A stretch of 54,932 nucleotides of DNA from Paraspadella gotoi (taxonomy: Eukaryota; Animalia; Chaetognatha): assembly GCA_051294375.1 (NCBI GenBank), contig JBJCIZ010000927.1:1-54932 (forward strand). The letters are read 5' to 3'. The stretch's first letter is position 1; every line of letters begins with the position of its first letter. The notes beneath the pieces are model-generated. The model had not been told where the DNA came from. It made no database searches and saw nothing but the letters and a program-made list of their open reading frames with translations. Both the position numbers and the translations under genes were made by a program. Of this stretch, positions 26,001 to 39,629 are shown piece after piece.

Positions 26001-26870
26001 AACGCAGGAATTAAGACTGTTGGTCATATCTTGAATATGCCAATGAATGAAACTCACGCTCTCAGAGGAAAAGGATTTTTGATACCAATGTAGAGTAAGG
26101 GAACAAGTTTGAAAATATTGTCCCAACTGATCATCCTCCTGACTTCATTTTAGAGGTAAATGGAGCCAATAGAAGGTTGAGTGAAATGTCATTTGCGGAA
26201 ACTTATTCTAATTGAGAGTTAATTTAAAAGTAGTAAGGCATTATGAAGAGAAATGGGAAAGAGTACTTGGAATTAGTTTAACTAATGAGTGGAGGCCATC
26301 TGGGGAGCAATTATGTACTCTGATACTTCTTACTATGTTAGATCTTCTATTTGGCGCCAGGTAAATTTAAATTTCTGGACAGCATACATGGATTATCCTA
26401 TGTAGGAAGAGGTGATGGCTTTTGTGATCTTTGTGGTGTTGTAGCACGTGAAAGATGGCATATTTGACTCACTGCGAAGTGGTTGTAAGACTATGGGAGA
26501 AATTGAGTGTGACACTGTTCAAATTTGATGATAAGCAAGTAGATAACGAGAGATGAGCTTAGGCTTAATAGACAAGGGTTAAAGTGAGGTTAAGAAATAA
26601 ATTAGGATTTATTTTAAGATCTTTATATTCAAGATGAGAGCACAGAGGATTAGGAATGTTGAGTCGGCGTTGAAAGACTGTGGAAAATATTTGTTATTCA
26701 TTTGAAAAAGGATTTAGAACAAGATTATTGGGTGGCCAAATTAAGTGGCAGATTGGGAAGTTTAAAAAAAGATCTTATTGGGTAATGTACTGGGTACATT
26801 AAATGATGATGGACTGTAGAGTGGGGAAACTTAATTAAACGGGTTAAATTGGCTATTGGAACTTATTTTA
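23059..26870 (+). pseudogene. LINE ORF2 (frameshifted): APE endonuclease, reverse transcriptase, C-terminal Cys motif
   Basis: VTWN, IQETH, YWKFNVSLL, KSPGADGFPAEFWK, YRPVSLLNVDYK, DLEKCFDRVDH, GLRQGDSPS, YVDDT, CDLCG...WHI..HC. Confidence 0.93.
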
Positions 26871-26995
26871 ATCAATGAGGGTATCTCGTATTGGTATTTG
26901 CTATTCAGGTATTGGCACGTGACACATATCTATATCTTTGTTTATTAGCGTTCTTTTGTTATTATTAATATAGGTTTTTGAGTATTTATTAGCGG

Positions 26996-27472
26996 TAAAG
27001 GGCACTTTTTGGCATAAGTAAAGTTTATTATCATTCTGAATTAATTACGAAGCGACGATAATAACAATCTACAACGCTTAAAGTATTTTGCAGATCGGAC
27101 CTCTGATCGAAAGCACGCGTAAATTTTAACAGCCTGCACTTGAAGCCGTTTGTCTTCGTTTATGATACAAAAATACGTTTTACCAATTAGTTCGATACAA
27201 TAAAACATGTTTAAAACTACATGTCGAACGAAAGTACACATCGAGTAGTTTACAAAACTGTACATGATCGTCATGCTGTACCATTGAAATATTCTACAAA
27301 TAAACACTAAAACGTTTCGAATCTTCCAGAGCGGCTGTGAAATCTTTAGTTTGTGCTTTTCGTTAAGCTCTCTGATTTCGCGGTCAGGTTTTCGCCTGGC
27401 TCTAGGCCAATGCGCGTTGAGGCAGATTTATTTTGCTCCGTGTCGCAATGATCCGAGCCACGCCGTACTTCA
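26996..27472 (-). repeat. 3' LTR of Gypsy copy 2
   Basis: Direct repeat of ~32044-32505; preceded on minus by a polypurine tract. Confidence 0.9.
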
Positions 27473-30400
27473 CTGCCCCCCAAGAGCGACGTCTCGGTAG
27501 GAGACTGGAGATTGATCGGAGAAACTAGGTTAAAGGGGCGGCGACGGACCCCGTCTGGCCTCGTGCTGTTGGAAGACCGACGTCGGGATCTCCGGCTAGG
27601 CGACAGCGGGGCTGCGTGCGCTTCTTCGCTCAACTGCCAGGGCTGAGTGGCGTCGCCGTCTGCGGCTGCGGAAGAGGCGAGCTGCGGGTGCGGCCGGCCA
27701 CGCCTGGGAGGCGCCGGCGGGGAGAATGGTCGGAAAGCGCCGCTCGCGTCTTCGACAAACGGCTTGAGGCGGTCAGACCGAGACTTCATCGAGGCGTCCG
27801 CAAAGTCGTACGCGCGGAATATAAGTTTGCGCCACCGCGGGAGACGACTCGAAACGGGCCGTCGAGAGTAGACCTGGCGCTAGAGGGCCACGCTGTGAGC
27901 GTCGCGGCGGACCAACACAAAACGGCAACTCTTGAACGGCCGTCCGGAAGTCTGCTTTGGGATGATCTGCGTCGCGTGTTGCCGGGTGAGCGCCGCCAGA
28001 ACCCGGTCGAAAGGGCGTCCATTTCGGCCCGCAGGGGCTTGCAGCAGCGGCATCAGGCATCGGGCGGCAGTGTGCCGTCCCGGATGAATCGGCCCCGGGG
28101 CCCGTTTGCGCAGAACGTGTTTAGCGCCAGATCTTGCTCCGCTAGACCAACTCGGCCGAGGAGCTTTAACGGTACTGCCCTCTGTGGGACCGAGCGCGAG
28201 GGCCCAGTAAGAACCCAGAGGGAGCTTGTCAACCCAAGTCGGCGCCAACAGCTTTGGCGCGAGCAGCGACGCTGTTGATGCGGTCCTGCTCGGAACCCTC
28301 TCCACCATTCCGTTGCACTGAGGGCGGTTGATCAATGATGTGCTGTATGAATGACTTGTTTGGCGACTCGAGTGACGCTGCCATGTTGGCGCCACAGCTC
28401 AGAAAACGGAACCTGCAGCTTCCGCGGCAACTCGACGTTTATGTGAAGGCGACGCCGAAACGCCGACCCACCCGATGGAGAGGGCTGTGCACTACCGTCG
28501 TCGCCCTTGCATATCAGACAAAGGCAACGCCTCTGGCCAGCGCGGTGAAACGGGTTCCACCACGGTGAGCCGAGATTAAGAAGGCGCCGCGAGATACGGG
28601 CAGCGGCCCGACAAGATCCACGTAGTGAACATGGTTGGAATCTTCTTGCCCGAGCGCGCGCCGCGAAACTCTTTCGAGCGCGCGCCGACGGCCTGTGGAC
28701 GCGGACTCTTGACCTGTTCGACATTGGGCGCAGGCAATCGTGCCCAAACCATGGTGATCGTCTTCTTGTGACGCCGGCCAGACAAACTCTTTTATAGACG
28801 AGTGATTTCGACGTCTTGATTCCCGGCATGAGATAAGTTGTGGATGGCCGTCAAAAAGCGTCTCCGTCGCCATTGGCGAGATCGGTACCAACCGGACGGG
28901 CGATCGCCCGGTCGGCGACCATCGCAGCATGACCTGCGATGCCGTCGAGAGAAGCTTCTTTCAGGAGGACTAACGCTGCTCCTCTCAGCGCGCGAAGGAG
29001 GCGCTGTACATCCGGATCTGTGCTTACTGGTCATCGTTGTAGAATGGCGGCGAAACAGTCGAGCGGCCAGGAGCCCCGACCACCACCGCGACACTCCTCT
29101 TGGAATGACGACGCGAAAAGCGCGTCGGCGACGACGTTGGACTTGGCCCAGAGACTTGTAAGGCAGGAAGTCCGTCGTATATTCAGAGATGGCGGCGAGG
29201 TTGATTCGGGCTGCTCGGGCAGAACTTGCTTGTTCGGTTTTTTTTCGCGGGATGGATGGAACCAAACTCCACGTGATCCATCAGAGATAGCACGTGAAAC
29301 GGGCGACCTTCGAGAAAATACGGAAATGGCGGACGGCCAAGTTGCGCCGCCAAGAGCTCCCGGTCGTTAAGGAGGCATAGCGTTGTTGCCGTTCATGGCA
29401 ACGGTTTGGAGACAAAAGGCGAGAGGACGCCATCATGACCGCCGACGGCTTTGTTCCAGAACGCCGCCGATGCGCGGATTGTCAGAAGCCATCGACTAGT
29501 GACGAGCGGTCGGCTCGCGCCCGTCACCGGGTGTCAGTTTTGGGAGGGGGGGGGCCCCTTGTCGGCTGCGGCGAGGGCTCCTGGCCGACGTCAAGAGCGT
29601 ATCTCCGGATCCTTCTCGGTGCCTGAATCCCACAGTCTCTCTTGTTGGGGGCTGCCTGCCGCAGACGCCCGCCCTGTAAAGACGGCGCCATCTGCTCCAG
29701 GTCAGACCGCAGAAGGTAATAAAACGATGAAAAAAATTGCAGCATTCTGACGCAGAACCTTTGGAGGCCTTTGTTGACGCCGGGCGCAGGAAGCGCGGAT
29801 AAGCCTGCCACCTTCGAACGGCAGCGGCTCCACCCCTTTTCTGCCCGTCAATCCTATGGCCGAGGAAGTCCAAGGATGGCACGCCGAAAAGGCATTTCTC
29901 CTTCTTGACGACGAGACCATACCTTGGTTGCTACCAGACGCTCGAATAAAAGGTCCGCGCAGATGGCACTTGCGTGTTGTTGAGCGTCCCTCGACGCGAC
30001 CGAGGATTGTCAATCCAAGTAGACAAACACGCCGGGGAGTCCCCGTACAGACCAGATGTCACTTAGACGCTGGAAAGCCTGAGCCCCGTTCTTTACTTAG
30101 TCCGAAAAGGCAATCCGCAGGTTTCATTAAGACCAAAAGGAGTAGATGATCGCGGTCGTCTTGGAACTGTCTTCAGCCGCACCCGCGAGTATCTGGATGG
30201 ATAACCTTTGAGAAGGTCGATCTTGCTATACAAACGGTCTATTGCCCCGCCAACGTCGCGCGGAGAAATCATCGGAGAAGATGCTTCACCGGAGGAACGC
30301 GTCGGCTCTGACGTCACGGCGTTCACGACGGCGTAATCGCCGCATGCGCGGAAAACCGCCCGTCGGCTTTAGACACGACGTGATCAGGGGCGAAAGCCCA

Positions 30401-32043
30401 TGGGCTTGACGTCATGGCGGACGATGCCGAGCCGCTCCAATTCGGCGAACTCGGCCTTCGCCGCCGCAGCTTCTCCGGAGGACACGACGCCTTGCTCTCG
30501 CGAAAACCGGATGACCTTGGGTCGGAATAGATGACCACGCCATGACCCGGCGCGCGCGGACACGAGAAAGGGGGCGTCGTCAGTCAGGGCAATTCGCTCG
30601 CAGCAGTTTGATGAAGACATTGTGTCACCTGCCCGGGCGTGGACCCTGCTCGTAGGCCGACGGCGTGTGTCGCTTGCAGCGCCGATCGGTCTTCTGAACG
30701 TCGTGAGTGCCTCGACGAGCCTTTGTGGCCCACGCCGACTAGAGAGACCATGGCGTTGAAGGAACCGCACCAAAATTGCCGGCGTCACGTCCGGCTACGA
30801 CAAAACGGCCAACTAAAGTCCTTGAACGTCGAGAGCGTGAGAGTTCATGCCGTCTCGTGATCCGTAGGCAGGGAACTGAGGCAAGCCAATCTCGCCCCGG
30901 CTCGATAGCGGCGTCGAGCCGCCCGTTGGCCTATACTCCCAGGCCGAGGCCGGCAAGAAGACTGACCTCGGCACCCGTGTCGACTGAGGATACTCGAGGC
31001 CGGAAGTATAATCCCGGACCAGAGCAGAGATGAATTCGCCGACGAACTCATGCTCATTCCCGGCGGCTCGGGCGCTCTTCCCGGCACTGATCTTCTTCTT
31101 TCTGTCGCCTGGCCTTGTGGGTGCACGGCGGTTTGCAGCGCCGAGGCTCATTCCCTTCGCCGAACTTGTGATCTGTACCAGCACATGTCTCATGCCGGCT
31201 GCAGAGGCTGCGTAAACAGTCTGGCGCATTCTTCCGCCGTCAGACCATCGCGGGTTCCCTTGACGCGAGCATCGGCCGGGCGTGCAAGAGCCAGCCGCCA
31301 TGTCGGAGAGTCTCGCTACCTCTTCACCATTGGGTGGCCATCGGCGTCGGAAACGTACTTCGCCGCGCCTTGGCGCAGATCCTCAGCTCCGCCGGGCGTC
31401 TGATGTTGACCACGACGGCGCACCTTCGGAGCGAGGGCCTTCAGCGTGAGGGCCCGCAGCCAGGTCGTCGACGTCCAAACCCTCCTGCGAGGTTCCGAGA
31501 TGCCGGTGAGAAATCGCCGAGGTGTTTTCCCCAAGGATTCGCTAAAAATAAGTCTCGCCCGTTCGCCATTCGCGAGTTTGTACGCCTCCTAGTAGGCGCT
31601 CGTATTGATGGGCCTCACGTACGGTATTCGGTTTATCTGGGCGCGTCGAGAAAAACAATCTCGTAATTTTCCGCTCGGCCACCTCCTCGTTAAAGCCCGT
31701 TAGACTGGTGATACTTCGTTAAAGAAACCGCAGATGTTCGATCGTGCGAGTTGGGACTCTGCATCGGACGAGACCAGAGGAATCGGCGTCGTTGCGTCCA
31801 GAACTCGCGGGAGTCTTGACTAGAACGGCGATGCGAAGCGTTGAAAGAGCCGGCCATGACCGCTTGGGAAAAAAACAGAGCGCGGTTGGCGGAGAAACGA
31901 AAGCGAGTTAACCCCTTAGTAACAACTCTCTATTTAGATAGATTCCCGTTCACCCGGTCCTCTAAACAAAGCACCGCCCCCCCCCCCCATGGAATCAGAA
32001 CGGCCAGAAAAAAATAAATTCTTCGTCGCGGGGTGCTCACCAT

Positions 32044-32505
32044 TAAAGGGGCACTTTTTGCATACAGTAAAGTTTATTATCATTGATAATACGACGTACG
32101 ATTAATTAACCAATTACACGCTTAAATATTTTGCGATCGATCCTCGATCGAAAGCACGCGTTAAATTTTACCAGTGCACTTGAGTCCGTTTTCGTTTGTT
32201 TATCGGATACAAAAATAACGGTTTTACAATGAGTTCGATACAATAAACAATGTTAAAATACATGTCGAACGAAAGGTACCAATCGATGTAGCGTTTGACA
32301 AAACTGTACATGATCGTTCATTGTACATTGAATATTTCTACAAATAAACAACTAAAAAACGTATTCAATCTTCAGAGGCCTGTGAAATCTTTTAGTTTGT
32401 GCTTTTCGTAAGCTCTCTGATTCGTCGGTTTTCGCCGGCTCTCGCCAATGCCGCGTTGAGCGAAGACCTATTTTTGTCCTTTGTCGCTGATCCGACAGCG
32501 TTTCA
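32044..32505 (-). repeat. 5' LTR of Gypsy copy 2
   Basis: Followed on minus by TGGTGAGCACCCCGCGACG, a noisy version of the tRNA-Trp PBS TGGTGACCCCGACG. Confidence 0.9.
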
Positions 32506-33460
32506 AGCGTCTCATTTTGTTTTTTAGCGTCTCTTTGTTTTAATTCGTCTTTTGTTTTTATTAGTGTCTTTCTGTTTATTAGCGTTTTATTAGCGTTTTA
32601 TTAGCGTCTTTTGTTTTATTAGTGTCTTTATGTTTTTAGCGTCTTTTGTTTTTATTAGTGTCTTTCTGTTTTTTAGCGTCTTTTGTTTTTATTAGTGTCT
32701 TTCTGTTGATTATTATTTAAAAATATTGGTATGTGTGTATATATATATATATATATTGATTGTAGTTTTTTATTTCTATTAATAGCGCGTTGTGGTCCCT
32801 CTGCCCTTTACTTTAACACATTGTAATTATAAATTTTTGGTATATGTTATACACTAAGCATTAAATACTTATAATAGACGTTTTATAAAAATAAAACCAT
32901 GACGTTTTACGTTTTTCGTTTTACATTTTACGCATTAAACACTTTTATACTAGACATTTTTTGTTTTTTACTTTAAACACTTTTTTACTTTTTCCGGTTT
33001 TACGATTATAAAAATTATTTAAAAAAATCCTAGTTTTGCCCTTTACTTTAACACATTATAATTATACATTTTAGGTATATTTCATTTATGCTTTATATTT
33101 TTTCTTTTGTTCTTTTTTCATAATTTTTGTTTTGTTTTTACTTTTATATTACGTTGTTTTTCGTTTATGCTTTATATTTTTGTTTTTGTTTTTGTTTTTG
33201 TCTTGAGTCCATTTAAACGTTTGTGTCTTTTGTTTTTTGATGTTTTTTTGTTTTAAAAATTTGAATTTTGAACGTTCTTGAACGTTATATTTTATAGTTT
33301 CTTATGAATTAGTTCATAACATTTTATTTATGAGTCAATTTAAACGTTAGTGTCTTTTTTTTTCTGTTGAATTTTAATAGTTTAGTTTTACTTGTTTACT
33401 GCTTTCTAGTTTTTTACACTGATACTGTTTTTGATTTTGTCAATACTGTTTTTGGTATTA

Positions 33461-33495
<35 letters not shown>

Positions 33496-33510
33496 TTGTT
33501 CCCGAAAGTG

Positions 33511-36500
33511 CGATTAGTAGAGTAGATTAGTAGATTAGTAGAGGTTTTGCCTGGATTGGTGCATTGAAGATCAGGCAGGCTTACCAGGGAGAAAAATATC
33601 AGATGTTTTCGATGTAATACAGGATGTCAATGATTATTGTAGAATTCATGAGGTAGGAGCGCTTTTTGTTTTTTGGATCTTGAAAAATGTTTTGACAGGG
33701 TACCATAGTATGGTTTAAAGACTTTAAAAACATTTGGTTTTGGTTAGAAATATTAATTAGATGGGTAAAGACATTCTATAATAAGGTAACTAGTAGATTA
33801 TAGTTAATGGACATTGGTCTGATGAGAATATTGGTTGACAGAGGATTGAGACAGGGTGATTCTCCTTCAATACCCTTATATATTTTAGTGGCTGAGGTTT
33901 TTGCAACACTCCATTAGGAAGGATAGAATGATAGAAAGGTATTAAAATTAAAGGGGCTGAGAGAAAAGTAGGGGTCTATGTCGATGACACCCAGGGTCCT
34001 GCGGTCTGAAGCATCGGTTAGAGAGGTTTATGGAAAAGGCAGTTTCGTTATGAAAGTGCCAGCAGGGTCAAGGGTTAATAAGTAAGTCAGTGGCGTTGTG
34101 GTTAGGGCCTTGGAAGATAAAGCTAAGATTTCTGTGGTCTGGCCTGGAAGCAAAGCATCATGCAAAGGTCTTAGGAATGTGGGTAGGTCGACGAGGTGAT
34201 TTGATACAAACAAATTTTGCTGATGTTTTTAAAGGTATTAAGTCAAAGCTTGACCCTTGGAAACTCGGCCATTGTCAAACCTTAGGAAGGCAGCAAGGTT
34301 AAATAATTTCTGTATTCTGCTTTGTGGTATAGAACAGCACTTGTTGACGCCTCCATGGGGAGATATTGATGCCTTTAGAAACTGATGGATAGAAAATTGG
34401 CGATGTTTTATGGTAAAAAGAGATTGCTAAGGGTCGGCTGAGGATTCTTATTATAATGGTGGAGCGCAATTAATGAATATCAGGCGATACAAGTTAAAGC
34501 GCAGAGAATAATGTGGATTAAAGGTGTTAAGCATGCCTAGGGAATCTTTGCTAGAGTTTTATGAGATGAGCTTATGGAGGACAAGCATGTGGCTTTATGG
34601 ATTGGATAGCCTTAGGGCAAAAGTAGCGGGATTTACCAATGGTATTGGTTCGGTTTTTTATGCTGAGGCTTTAAGGGCTTGGTCATGCTTGCCTTTCAAA
34701 TTTGAACCGGGTGATTTGCCTGTGTGAGTGTTACCACTTGTTATATAATACAAATGTGACTGTTCAGATGGAATAGTTTTTAAAGTCGTTTAGTAATATA
34801 GTAGAAAGAGGAATTAAGACGATTGGTCAATTTCTGAACATGCCTATGAAAATGAAACTCCGACGACTCTCAGAGGAAAGGATTATTTTGATATCCAATG
34901 TAGAGGTGAGGGAGCAAGTTGAAAATAATTGTCCCAACTGATCATCCTCCTGACTTCATTTTAGAGGTAACAGGGGGCCATAGGGAGTTGAGTGAAATGT
35001 CTTTTGCAGAAACTTATTCTCATTTGAGAATTAATGTTAGAGTGGTAAGACATTATGAAGAGAAATGGGAAAGAGTACTTGATTAGTTTAACTAATGAGT
35101 GGAGGGCCATTTGGGGGAGCAATTATGTACTGCATACTTCTTACTATGTTAGATCTTCTATTTGCGCCAGGTAAATTTAAATTTCTGGACAACATACATG
35201 GATTATGCCTATGTAGGAAGAGGTGATGGTATTTGTGATCTTTGTGGTTTTGTAGCTCGTGAACGATGGCATATTTTGACTCAGTTGAAGTGGTTGTAAG
35301 ACTCTTGGAGAAGTTAAAGTGTGATACTGTTAAAATTGATGAATAAGCAAGTAGATAAACGAGAGATGAGCCTAGGTTTAAGGGACAAGGGCTAGGGGTG
35401 AGATTAAGAAATAAATTAGGATTTACTTTAAGATCTGTTATTTTCAAGATGAGAGCAGAGAGATTAGGAATGTTGAGTCAGCGGTTGAAAGACTGTGAAA
35501 ATATTTGTTATTCATTTGAGAAAGGATTTAGAACAAGATTATTGGATGGCCAAATTAAGTGGCAGATTGGGAAGTTTTAAAAAACGAATCTTATTGGGTA
35601 ATGTACTGGGTACATTAAATGAGATGGACTATAGAGTGGGGAAACTTAATAAAACGGGTTAAAATTGGCTATTGGAACTTATTTAATCATTGAGGGTATC
35701 TCGTACTGGTATTGTGGACCACATTTTTATTTTTATGTGGTATGTTTATTAGCATCTTTGTTTTTATTATTATTATCATTATTTTTATTAGCGTCTCTTT
35801 ATTTTTTATTTTCTTTGTTTTATTAGCGTGATACGTGATACGTGATATACTCATTTCGTTTTTAGCGTCTCTTTGTTAGCATCCTTTTCGTTTTTAGCGT
35901 CTTTTTGTCTCTTTGTATTAAGCGTCTTTAGTTTTTATAAGTGTCTTCTTCTGTTGATTTGCGTGTCTTATATATATATGTATGATATGTGTATGTGTGT
36001 ATATATGTAGATATATATATATTGATTGTAGTTTTTTTATTCTATTAATAACATTTTGGTCCCTCTGCCTTTACTTTAACACATTGTAATTATAAATATA
36101 CTTATAATGACGTTTTATAAAAATAAAACACCTCTGACGTTTACGTATTAACACTTTTTATACTAGACATTTTTGTTTTTTACATTAAACAATTAATTTT
36201 ATAAAAAAATTCCTATTTTTGCCCTTTACTTTAACACATATATAATTTATACATTTTAGGTATATTTCATTTATGCTTTATATTTTTATTTTGTTCTTGT
36301 TTTTATTATACGTTGTTTTCGTTTATGCTTTATATTTTGTTTTTGTCTTTGTTTTCATATTTTTGGTTTAAAATTTGAATTTTGAACGTTCTTGTATTTG
36401 TATTTGCTTTTGCTATTTTATAGTATTCTTATAGAATTAGTTCATAATATTTTATTGATGAGTCCAATTTAAACGTTTGTGTCTTTGTTTCTTGATTTTT

Positions 36501-36794
36501 TTGGTTTAAAATTTGAATTTTGGACACTGTTCTTGAACGTTATATTTTATAGTTTCTTATGAATAGTACATAAACATTTTATTTATGAGTCCAGCTTAAA
36601 CGTTAAATTCTAAATGTTAAAGTTAAACGTTATTTTAAAATAGACCGAGGTAGTCTATTACGTTTGTGTCTTGTGTTTCTTGTTGCTTCCTTTTTATATT
36701 GATGTTTTTTTGGTTTAAAAAATTTGAATTTTGAAACGTTTTTGAATGTTATATTTTATAGTTCTTATGAATTAAAAAAAAAAAAAAAAAAAAA
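33511..36794 (+). mobile_element. 5'-truncated second copy of the same Tx1/L1 LINE, directly downstream of copy 1
   Basis: Matches 24740 onward (RT to 3' UTR), has no Gypsy insertion, ends in poly(A) at ~36774-36794. Confidence 0.92.
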
Positions 36795-36970
36795 GATGAC
36801 TGCGCATATATAATAAGTACACTTAGCTTATTATTATATGTGAGCAAAAATGCATGTCAATATAAGTTATTCTTACACATTTTAAAAAAATGTATCCACG
36901 AAAATCTCGGATGGAAATTTGGATTTGTATTGAGAAAAAAGCCCCGAATAAAAGTTTTTAGAAAGAGAAA

Positions 36971-37300
36971 ACATGTTTCATCAGTGTTGACAATCAAATA
37001 TTTTGTCTCTGTTGAAGTAAGTTTTTGCTTTGCTCTCTCTCGCTTCCACTCTCACATTCATTTTTCAAAGACTTACTTCTTCCCTCTCCTCACCTTCAGC
37101 TGTCTCACATGCTGACCACTGTCCCTTACCTTATTCTTTGTTGGAAATTCTCCTCAACAATCTCTCTCTCTCTCTTTCCCTCTTTCTCTCTCTCAAAAAC
37201 TTATTTCAACACGAGACAAAATATTGATTGTCACAACACTGATGAAGGCTCTAAATGAAAGAGCCGAAACATGTCTGACTAAAAATTGTGTCAAATAAAT
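36971..37300 (+). mobile_element. Penelope-like pLTR remnant with an inverted arm
   Basis: 36977-37027 is an inverted copy of ~37194-37246; contains a hammerhead followed by AATAAA. Confidence 0.6.
37230..37292 (+). ncRNA. Type I minimal hammerhead ribozyme (Penelope type)
   Basis: CUGAUGA (37239-45), A, stem II GGCUCU/AGAGCC, GAAAC, palindromic ACAUGU stem III, GUC cleavage triplet ending at 37275; stem I short and interrupted. Confidence 0.72.
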
Positions 37301-38466
37301 CGTTGTGCTCAAACAAAACTGTTTTCTCTAATACCTCAAAAAAAACGAAAAGAGAGATAATACATAAAGAAAGAAAAACATAATCATAATTTTTCAAAAA
37401 AAGACGATCACGCAAGAGATCGAAAAGAGAGAAAGAAGACAGAAAGAGAGAAGAAAGGAGAGAGAGAAATAGAGAGAAAGAGAACAAAGCTGGACAGCTG
37501 CTTGAAGGCCGCTGTACAGTCAGTGCAGAAACTCCGTTTTTTTTTTTTTTTTCTGAAATAAAAGAACTAAACGAAATAAAAATACAATAAAAGAAAGGCC
37601 CAAAAATGTTACAATGGTTTACAATTGGAAATTATTTTCCAATTTTTTCCAATCCGCAGCTTGGCTAAAAAGATTTTATTTTTATTTGTATAAAATTAAG
37701 ATATAGCCCTTGGTGTTCATTAAAAACGTTCATTTTGAGATTCCCATTTAGATTAGAGATTTAAACAAAAATTTTTTTGAATTTCATCTTTACAATCTAT
37801 TATATACTCAGCAATATGTAAATTAGTTAAAAGCCATTTCCCTCATCATACTAATTTGGTGAACGTGATAATGCAGCTACTATAATGTCATTTGCATATT
37901 GCAGTATCATAATGAAGTGGAAATTCAAACAAAAAATACTTAAATCCAGAAATGTTAATAAGAAAATATCCAAAGCTATTTCACAGATGAAAAAGCCATA
38001 TCTAAATTTTTACCTTTACTTACTGAATGCACCAGCTTTTTGTAAAACTTTATCATAAATTCATAATAAATTTTTTATTTAAAAAAAAAAGGTAAGTCAC
38101 AGCCAAACCTATTAAAAGCGTAGTATTTTTATAGGAAAAACAGCCTACCGTGACGGCGACGACGACGACGACGACGACTACCGTCACAAAGAAGCTCACA
38201 CGAAGATTGAATATTCAAGCCTGAACCGGCTTTGCCGGTCATGGCTTGATAACTAAATTTGAATGTTATTTTGTTTCACAAAAAAAGAACAGGACCTGTG
38301 GAGAAGTGTTCTTATGCCCTAAACAAATTTTCTTTGTTTATGGTGCCCTCTGAAAAACTATGTTGAAAATATGCAAGTGAAGAATAGGTGGGTGCAGACG
38401 AAAGAGCAAATCTCTATAGAAATCAATAGGAATCTGAACCAAAATGCTGTTAGTAAGAAATGAATG

Positions 38467-39245
38467 AACAAGTTTGAGCAAACAATGTCGGATCTGCCCA
38501 CGATCACTATCGGTAATTAATTAATTAATTAATAAATAATTAATTAATTATTTAATTAATTAATAATTAATTTATTCAAGTTAATTATTTAATTAATTAT
38601 GTAATTATGCAATTAATTTGATCCAAAATGTTTGTTTTGATTGATTAACTGATTAATTAATTATTGATTAATTAATTGACTAATTGATTAATTAACTAAT
38701 TATTTATTTGATTAATTAATACATCTTGCATTTACATTTAAAATAAAAAGAAAAAGAAGCATAATCAATTAGTGAAACAGGTTCTTTGTTTTTTTCATTA
38801 AAACTCATTTCCACTCAAACGATTTGATTGAAACTTGATTTCCAGTTTAATCACACACTTTTCCACCCAAATACAAAATTTCAAGTCAATCGCCCCATCC
38901 ACTCATGAGTAATTGGTTTTCAAATAGTGAAATATATTTTTTTGTTTTTTCCATTTAAACTCATTTCCACATGGACGATTCCATCGAAACTTCATATCCA
39001 GCTCAATCACACACTTCCCTACCCACACACAAAATTTCATTCCAATCCATCCATCCAATCACGAGTAATTGGTGTTTTTTGCTAAGGTGGGACGGACGGA
39101 CGGACGGACAGACAGACAGACAGATGGACGGACTGATATCGTTTTTTTGCATAATTTATCATAATTCGATGTTCTGACATGATATAAGTGAATGCCCGAC
39201 AAAATTGAGAGGGCGGACCGACGGACCGACAAAGTGAATTATAGA
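38467..39245 (+). mobile_element. Helentron/HINE-like non-autonomous repeat, copy A (3' hairpin missing)
   Basis: 5' AACAAGTTTGAGCAAACAATGTCGGATCTGC; (GGAC)n(AGAC)n microsatellite; matches ~47500-48065. Confidence 0.65.
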
Positions 39246-39629
39246 AAACTCCTAGTAGGAGAGGGGAGAGGATGGGAAAAAATGATGGACAAAAAAAGAA
39301 AAAAAAATGACCGAAATTCGCTTTATTTACTAGAGGGCTCCCCAAACAAAAGAGCTTTCAGTAAGACAAGATAGCACTTTTGCTTAAGTTTTCAAAATTA
39401 TTTACCAGATGTCTTATTCTTTTTTAAAAAACAACGGAACATGCATAATAAATTTTATCTGCACCTACTAGATCTTATTTTGCCCCTGCTTTTATACAAA
39501 ATAGCAATTTCTGTTTAAATTTCTATCATTTCAAATAATTTAAAAATTTTTTAATCAACATTATTTTTAAACAGAAAATAATATTTAATTCTATAGAATT
39601 AAATATTATTTTTTTTTACCCATATCTTT

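Larger units (their letters stand above)
26996..32505 (-). mobile_element. Full-length CsRN1-like Ty3/Gypsy retrotransposon, copy 2 (many indels)
   Basis: LTRs 26996-27472 and ~32044-32505; PPT TTGGGGGGCAG at 27473-27483; tRNA-Trp-like PBS at ~32024-32042; AGCG on both flanks; colinear with copy 1. Confidence 0.95.
20710..33492 (+). mobile_element. Near full-length Tx1/L1-clade LINE (copy 1) with a Gypsy insertion in its 3' UTR; 5' end approximate
   Basis: ORF1 and ORF2 remnants, long T-rich 3' UTR, poly(A) at ~33463-33492. Confidence 0.9.

Noticed and set aside
27346-31666. Many short ORFs; possible programmed frameshifts or ancient decay
   Set aside because: All are fragments or antisense frames of Gypsy gag-pol; the dense single-base indels look like long-read error, so age and recoding cannot be inferred
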